Shown here piece after piece: positions 56,225 through 64,000 of a stretch of DNA of 64,000 nt. The number at the start of each line of letters is the position of its first letter. The first letter of the stretch is position 1. Position numbers and translations under genes: made by a program. The DNA is from the human T2T-CHM13v2.0 reference genome, Homo sapiens: the NCBI RefSeq assembly GCF_009914755.1, contig NC_060927.1; one strand, 5' to 3'. The notes beneath the pieces are model-generated. The model made no database searches and was not told the origin of the DNA. It saw only the letters and a program-made list of their open reading frames with translations.

Positions 56225-58183
56225 GCATTATTTCTTAAGGCAATTGCATAGCAAAGATTTTATTAGGATTTGGAATGTATTCACCTATTTTTGCAACATT
56301 ACCAAATTTTGCTATTCTGATAGCGATGCCTACCTAGAGGAGTTGTTGGGGTGAAATAAATGGTACATGAGCTGAATTAAAACATATTTCTTAACTAATG
56401 ATCAGATCTAGATAAACTTAATTTGGTGAGAATTTTTAACTTTGTAGTAATTTACTTCAACTCTTAAGTAATTCATAGAGGTGAGGTGTTTATACAGTAA
56501 ATTATACAAATGAACATTTGTAAAATGAAATAAAATAGAATCTGATGAAAACTAATCCTTAGATATCAACAAAATATATTTTTATTATTTGCAAAACCAA
56601 TTTTTAAAAATAAAATACCTGATACAATTTATGCTATGATATGAAAAGAAAATTTGATTCCTTATTTTTTCCTAGAACTATAATCATTATTAAATTCATA
56701 TAAAATATTTAACAATAAACAAAGAACATAGAAGATTAGAAGCATCATTTTAATCTAATAATTCAATGAGGTTGTAAGAACATAAAATCTTATGTATCGG
56801 GAGAAGTCATTTAACTTTCTATGTCTTTTCTTTCCTATTTAACTTAATACTATTGACATATTCACAAGGTTGTTGAAAGGTATGAGTAATACAAAAATTG
56901 TAAAGTAGATTAGAAATATAAAGTGCTATGTAAACGCTCAAAGATGGCTATGCTTCTGTGAAGAAAGCCTAAATTTCTATTTATTTTATCAATACAAAAT
57001 GAAACAGTCTCATATTACTTGAGTGTTATGACAGAGAAATCAAAAGCAAATTCTTTACATAATGAAGAAATAGTTGACTTAAAATGAATGATGACATGAA
57101 ATTTCCATATTTCAGCTCTTACCTGACCTTTTCATATTATCTAAAATCTTTCCCTACAATAAATGGCTACTTAGTCATCTAGAAAATCAAATTTAGTTGG
57201 GCCAAATACTTTGTAATAAAACTGTCCCATAAACTAAACTTTCCTCTGAAGAAACTATTCATGAAAAGAAATATAAGTATGAGTTGAAATATTGTCCTTG
57301 AGGGAATAATTTAAACTTATCCAGATAATTATTGTATTGATCTTTGCAAAAAAACCCTTTAGTCTGTTGGCCCCGTGTGTGACCCTAGCTGACTCCGTTA
57401 ATGCTGAGCCTCAGCTTCCACAATTTCAAAAGCAAGGAGAATGGTAAAACCTGCCTTAAACCTCACAGGGTAATTGGAATGTGATTAGATATGTGGGTGT
57501 TTGTTTAACATATTTCATGTATGTTTACATGCAAAGAATAAAGATGCTGAAAAACTAGGCTCTCACTGCTTTATTATTTTGACTTTGAATCTCTCAGGAA
57601 AAGCAAAGTATCAAGTTATTGCATTTACCTTACTTGCTCCCTCTCTCCGGGGACAAAAATTCAAAATAGAGAAATTTAATTAACAAACATATTCTAATTA
57701 TTCTTTGTTTACTTTTTTAAAGGAAAAAAACAAAGAGTTAACTTGTAGACATAGATTTATATAATAAAACATTAAAGCCTAGTGAGAGCCTACCAACTTG
57801 AGGATATGTTGCAAACTGTGCAAACATTATACTTAGTTTTTAACTAGTTTGTCTCTCCTGAGGTTTAGTCAATACATTGGCACCCCCAAGTCCTGTTTGA
57901 TTTTGCCTCCCTTAACCATACCCGTAAGTGCTAGATGTGGGTCTTTATGAACTGACCAAAGTAAATTTGAATTTTTGGTATATATATATCTCAGTAGATG
58001 TAAATTAATAAATGTATATTTATTAAATGTTATTTATTAAATTAATAAACATGTATTTCCTGAGTAAGCATTCTTTAGAAAATTTAATTCAATTTATTCA
58101 AATAATATAAAGGGATAGAAAACAAAGAAAAGAATAATCCTAGGACTGTGGATTTAGAAGCAACCACTGTTAAGTTGGTGTAG

Positions 58184-58184
<1 letters not shown>

Positions 58185-58220
<36 letters not shown>
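58185..58220. repeat. (TG)n microsatellite
   Basis: About 18 perfect units; an imperfect (TG)n also lies at 58618-58657. Confidence 0.97.
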
Positions 58221-58221
<1 letters not shown>

Positions 58222-58974
58222 ATATACGTGGGTAGTATATAATAAATAAAATAATGTATTATTTTATTTGTACAAAAATTAGATTATCTTATAGATGTTG
58301 CTCTGTAACTTACTTTTTTTCATTTAACTGCTCATACATCTGTTTGTCTTTCTATCATCTACCTATTTGTCTTCATGATCATCTTTTACAATTACTCTTC
58401 CCATCCAAACTTCTACAGTGGGGTGTAGTAAGAAAGAGTAGACAGCAAATCTATGAATGTCAATTCTCAATGCCCAGACAAGAAACGGGCATCAGGAAAG
58501 TTTGTCATCAGATAGCAAGACCCGAACCAGCAAGCTCAAGGTTGGGGGTACACTGTGGTCCAGTGAAGAGAGTATGGTAAGAATAAGAGCAGCTCAGTGG
58601 TAGATGATCAAGAGAGTTGTGTGTGTGTGTATGTCTCTGTGTGTGTGTGTGTGTGTGTTTATTAAACATAGAAAATTGGGTAGAAACCCAATTATCAAAA
58701 TTCAAATCTGAGGCTGTATGCAAAGCAGAGTGGGGAAGAAAGACATTCAGATTCAGGAACAAGGAAGAACTCTAACAAAGAAAACTGACATTCTCCTATT
58801 TCCTCAGATATATTAAGCTCTTCCTCATGCAAAGCTTTCAAATGTGCTTTTTCTTCTGTCTAAATATATTCCTCCTGCCATTTCTTAGTTGACTTTCTCA
58901 TTCTCCATCAGATACTTTCCTCGGAGGAGCCTTCCAGGTTTCTGTAAGCTAAATTAGGTCCCCCTAACATCCTT

Positions 58975-59475
58975 TATTACCAGTTAGATTTTGATGCATA
59001 ACAAAATAACTCAGATTTAGTAGCTTAAATAAAAACTGTTTATTTCACTCACAATTCTGTGTATCAGTATTTTGGCCTGGGTTCAGCTGTATGGTTCTTC
59101 TGCCGGTCTCAGCTGGGCTCACTCCTATCTCTATGGTCAGATATAGGTTCTGAGATCATTTGGCAGTTTGGCTTCAGCCTGGCTGGTCCTGAATGGCCTG
59201 ATTCACATATTTGGGGGTTGGTTGTCTGAAAAATGGAACATTTTAATTCCCCTCTATAGTCTCATGGTGGTTTCAAATTCAACATATGGCAAAAGAGAAA
59301 TCCTCAATATGCAAATACTTCTCAAGTCTTTGCTAAAGACTTATTGGCCAAAGTAAGGTACATGATTCACCTAAGTGAAAATTAGACTTTATCTCTATAT
59401 GATATGATCTGCAATGTCCTATTATAAGAGCATGAATACAGAAAGAGGAAGTATTTGTGGCTATTTCTACAATCT
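58975..59475 (-). mobile_element. Old MaLR LTR (MLT1G/H-like)
   Basis: tgcataacaaaataactc...tcacaattctgtgtatcag...gggttcagctgtatggttcttctgc. Confidence 0.65.
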
Positions 59476-60848
59476 ACTAAATATTCCCTCATAATATCCT
59501 AAAATTTTTCCTCATGGTACTAATATTTATACTTTATTTGCCTAATTATTTTTAACTTATGTTTCTACTACTAGACTATAAGACTATGAATATTATATAA
59601 ACAGAAACCATTTCTATTTTTCCCCAAACTATTTTAAGTGCCAAGCCAAGGGTCTGCCTGATAGAAAGCCCTTTGTAATTCGTTATTGAATAGATGCATA
59701 AATGAATCAGAATTGGGGCATAAAATTAGGGTTTGAATTCTAATATTGATATCCCAGTCATGAGTCTCAGAGTGCTGCATCACAGATGCATAGCAATTTC
59801 TTTCTTATTATTATTTAGTTTACATAAGAGAAAAATTCATTCATTCTTGTTTAATCCATTTGTATTTCATTTACAGTGGAATATGAGTCATAACTGATCA
59901 GTAAAGGAATATGTAACAAATAGATTTGTAAGAACTATAATCTCAAACATCTTTTTTGTTATATGACTATTTAGGCTATAACACAGTTGTGGGCTACTGG
60001 AACAAGAAGTTGGAAATAATCATACAGATATGACACCAATAAAATTAGGTTTTCCGTACTAAAATAGTTGTTTATATTTGCATTTAAAATACTTTATTAA
60101 TCCCTTTTTATTTTATCATCATCAGATCTAGGAATGAAGTTTCTGCTGCATTAACACTGTAGGTTCCATTTATTAGCCACTAAGATTTTTTGAGACAAAA
60201 CTTCTAATTTTGAGTATCCTGTCTGGTTTTAATAGCTAGATTACTTTAACAGTGACTTGTTTCCTACCTCATAATATTTTTAATAAGAAATGGATATGTA
60301 GATGTTTCTAAGATATTAGTTCCATTTCTTTTTTAAAAAAGTTCTATTTCAAAATAACAGTAGATTCTCCTATAATCTACCCATAAAGGGCATCTACTCA
60401 AATGGGTGACTTGTTTATATGCACTAATAGTCCTGTGGTCTCAGTTATTTCTCAAGACAACTGTAATCCATATAACCAACATCACTTTAACTAACACGAA
60501 AATAGAATTCAGTTAAAATCTCATTTGTCAGCAGTCTTTTCTGTTACCCTATCTCAAATATATTTTTATAATTTGAAGATGAACCATGATAAGATATATA
60601 GTTGCCGGTATTTTTACCAGAGGCCTACCTAATAGATCAAAAATACTGTTTGCTTTTGATAGTCTTAGCACAAGTATATATTTATAAAAACCTCTTGAGT
60701 ATTTGAGACCCTGAGTTCTCCTTTTCAGTTTCATTTTGAGAAACAATTATTGTCCATAGTCAAACTGCTTTACCTGCAGTTTTATTTTATTTTATTCACA
60801 CCTGTATTTGGATGTAAATATGACTAATATTAAAATGTTTTTGTAAAT

Positions 60849-63135
60849 TCTGATGAACAGAGATGCAAAAATAAAATACTAGCAAACTAAATCCAATAGC
60901 ACGTTAAAAAGATAATATACCATGGTCAAGTGGACTTTATGCAAGGGATGCAAAGATGGTTCAATATATGCAAATCAATAAATGTGAAACATCACATAAA
61001 CAGAATCAAAGACAAATACCCCATGACCATCCCGATAGGTGCAGAAAAAAGCATTTAATGAAGTTCAGCATCCATTTATAATAAAAACCCTCAACAAATC
61101 AGGCACAGAAGGAACATATATCAAAATAATGAAGGTCATATGTGGCAAATCCACAGTCGACGTTATACTAAAAAAGGAAAAGCTGAAGGCATGCATTCTA
61201 AAAACTGGAACAAGAAAAGGATGCCTGCTTTCACCACTGCATGCAATATAGTACTGGAAATTCTAGCCAAAGCAATCAAGGAAAAAAAAATGAAAGTCAT
61301 CCAAATTGGAAAAGAGAAAGTAAAATTATTTTTGTTGGCTGATAATATGAGCTAACATCTAGAAAACCCTAAAGACTCCACAAAAAACTCTCAGATTTGA
61401 TAAATGAATACAGTAAAGTTTCAGAATACAAAATCAATGTAGAAAAATCAGTAGTATTTCTAAAAACAAATCATAATCTTGCTGAGAAAGAAATCAAGAA
61501 GGCAATCCCATTTACAACTGCTACAAAATAAAAATAAAATACCTATGAGCATACTTGACTCAGAAGGTAAAAGATCTCTACAAAAGAAACTATAAAACAA
61601 TGAAAGAAATTGTAGATGACAAAAACAAATGAAAAAACATCCCATGCTCATGGATTGGAAGATTCAAAGTCATTAAAATAACCATACTGCCCTCAAAAAT
61701 CTACAGATTCAATGCCATCTCCATCAAAATAGGAATGTAGTTTTCACAGAATTAGAAGAAATAATCCTAACATTTATATGGAACCAAAAAAGAGTCTGAA
61801 TAGACAAAGCTAAAAGAACAAAGCTAGAAGCATCACATTATCTGACTTCATTTATACTACATGGCTATATTAACCCAAACAGCATGGTACTGACATAAAA
61901 ATAGACACATAGGTCAATGGAATAAAGAAGCCATAACTAAAGCCACATATCTACGGCCAACTCATATTTGACAAAGTCGTCAAGAACATACACGGCAGAA
62001 AGCACACTCTTTTCAATAAATAGTGCTGAGAAAATAGGATTGCCATATACAGATGTGTAAAACTGGACTCCTATCTCTCAGCATATGCAAAAATCAACTA
62101 AAGATAAAGACTTACTTGTAAGCTTTTGACTAATAAATTTAACTATAAAAACACTAGAAGGGAATCTGGAGAAAACTCTTCTGGACATCAGTCTAGGCAA
62201 AGAATTCATGACTAATACTTCAAAAGCACAAGTAACAAAAACAAAAATAAGCAAATGGGTCTTAATCAAACTAAAAAGCTTCTGTACAGCCAAAGAAATA
62301 ATCAACAGAGTGAACAAAAAATCTGCAGAATGGAAGAAAATATTTGTAAACTGCACATCTGAATAAGGACTGATATCCAGAGTTTACAAGGAACTTGATC
62401 AACTCAATAACAACAAAAATAATTCCATTAAAAAGCAGGCAAAGACATTAAGATACATTCAATAAAAGTCATACAGATGACCAACAAGCATATGAAAAAA
62501 ATGATTAACCTTGCTAATCATCAGAGAAATGCAAATCAAAGCCACAATGAGATATCATCTTACACCAGTCAGAATGGCTATTATTAAAAATACAAAAAGT
62601 AAATTTTGGCAAGGATGTTGAGAAAAGGGAACACTTATTCACAGTTGGCAGGAATGTAAATAGTACAACTGCTATGGAAAACAACTGCTATGGAGATTTC
62701 TTAAAGGACTAAAAATAGAACTACCATTTTATCCAGCAATTCCACTTTGGGTATCTACCCAAACGAAAAGAAATCATTACATCAAAAAGACACTCATACT
62801 CATATGCTTATTGCAGCACTATTCACAACAGCAAAGATACTGGCTAAAGAAAATGCAATATATATATATGCGCACAATAGAATGCTATTGAGCATAAACA
62901 AGAATGAAATTATATCTTTTGCAACTACATGGATAGAAATGGAGGCCATTATCTTAAGTGAAACAACTCAGACAAAGAAAGTCAAATACCACATGTTCTT
63001 ATTTATAAGTGAGAGCTAAATAATGTGGATACGTGGACACACACTAAAAGCCCTGACATCACCACTACACAATATATTCATGTAACAAAATCATACTTGT
63101 ACCCCATAAATTTACACACATAAAGTAAAATAGAA
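60849..63135 (+). mobile_element. 5'-truncated L1PB/L1MA1-type element (ORF2 RT to 3' UTR), degenerate
   Basis: ORF-track peptides KAF..VQHPFIIKTLNK.G.EGTY, LEILAKAIK, MEAIILSETTQ; 3' end catgtaacaaaa...ttgtaccccataaattt. Confidence 0.9.
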
Positions 63136-64000
63136 TAGGAAACATCAAAGTACAAATTGCTCATTTTATCCATTCAATTAATGTGCTCCTTTCTAGATGA
63201 CACCATCTTTTAAGTTGTATAATTATCAAAGCAAATTGAAGTACATTTTGTTCATGCAGGATATTTGATTTTTAATACAATTTACATTGGATGAGAATTA
63301 TATACACCATATACAATGAAGATAAAAGTTTGTAATATATATTATCCTGACTTTTCAGTTAACCAGAAAACATGCTGATACAACTTAGTATGAAAGGGCT
63401 CTAAATAACAGGACCTTACAATAGAATGGAGTCTCTACCCATTGCCCAATTTCTTTGCTCCGGATTTCAAGTCTTTTTACTTGTTTTTACTTGTTTGTGA
63501 TTCTTCCTTGAATAAGAGGGATAGACAAAAAATGATATGCTTAATAATGGAGGCAGGGCTTAATCTCAGTTTGGAATAAGGAGAACATATAAGAAGGAGA
63601 ATCCACAAGAAAAAAAAAAGAGAAAGAGAATAGGTTCAGAATTTCTGGAAAAGACATGAACTATTCTAGTCAACATAAATGAATTAGAATACTTTAATAC
63701 TTTTTCCAAGGACAAGAAAATTAGGAATGAGTTGACTCTGCTGCATACAGGAGTTGACGAGATAGGAGATGGGGAAAGGATAACTTTATTTATCAAAGAG
63801 AGGGGAAAAGCAAGCCTAGCAATGGGGTCCCTATCAATGGGGCCAAGTAATTATGGCCAAGAACAAGAGGAAGTGAGATTAGATTGACTTTAGAGAAAGA
63901 AGGGAATGAGATCTTGCAGGGCCTCTTCTATCAAGATTCAGACTTCTCTGTGAGCTAGGAAGTCATAGGTGCTGCAAAAGTGATGTGATTTATCTACATT

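Overview
This is AT-rich, gene-poor primate (very likely human) genomic DNA dominated by interspersed repeats. I found no credible intact host protein-coding gene; nearly all ORFs in the track are repeat-derived or spurious. Main contents: (1) a head-to-head pair of young LINE-1s, a 5'-truncated L1PA3/4-like element (-, ~2072-2986) and a full-length but inactivated L1PA2-like element (+, 3100-9175); (2) a HERV-H provirus (48319-53937) with a complete 5' LTR7 and a tRNA-His primer binding site, whose 3' LTR stops after 51 bp; (3) a processed EI24 pseudogene (~53938-56224) directly joined to that LTR stub, with a 5' inversion, a 75-nt in-frame gap, internal triplications and an AluS insertion; (4) many older L1M/L1PB, L2, MIR, MaLR LTR and MER elements, Alus and microsatellites. 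The most interesting observations are an LTR7/HERV-H lacking its 3'-LTR poly(A) signal and pointing antisense into the EI24 retrocopy, two L1s inserted at the same position in the two arms of a 20-bp inverted repeat within a patchwork of templated copies, a minimal TCTC+poly(A) retro-insertion with a target-site duplication (TSD), an extended L1 ORF0, and a palindromic double-octamer site. Subfamily names come from recalled consensus sequences, not from a database search, and all functional ideas are hypotheses.
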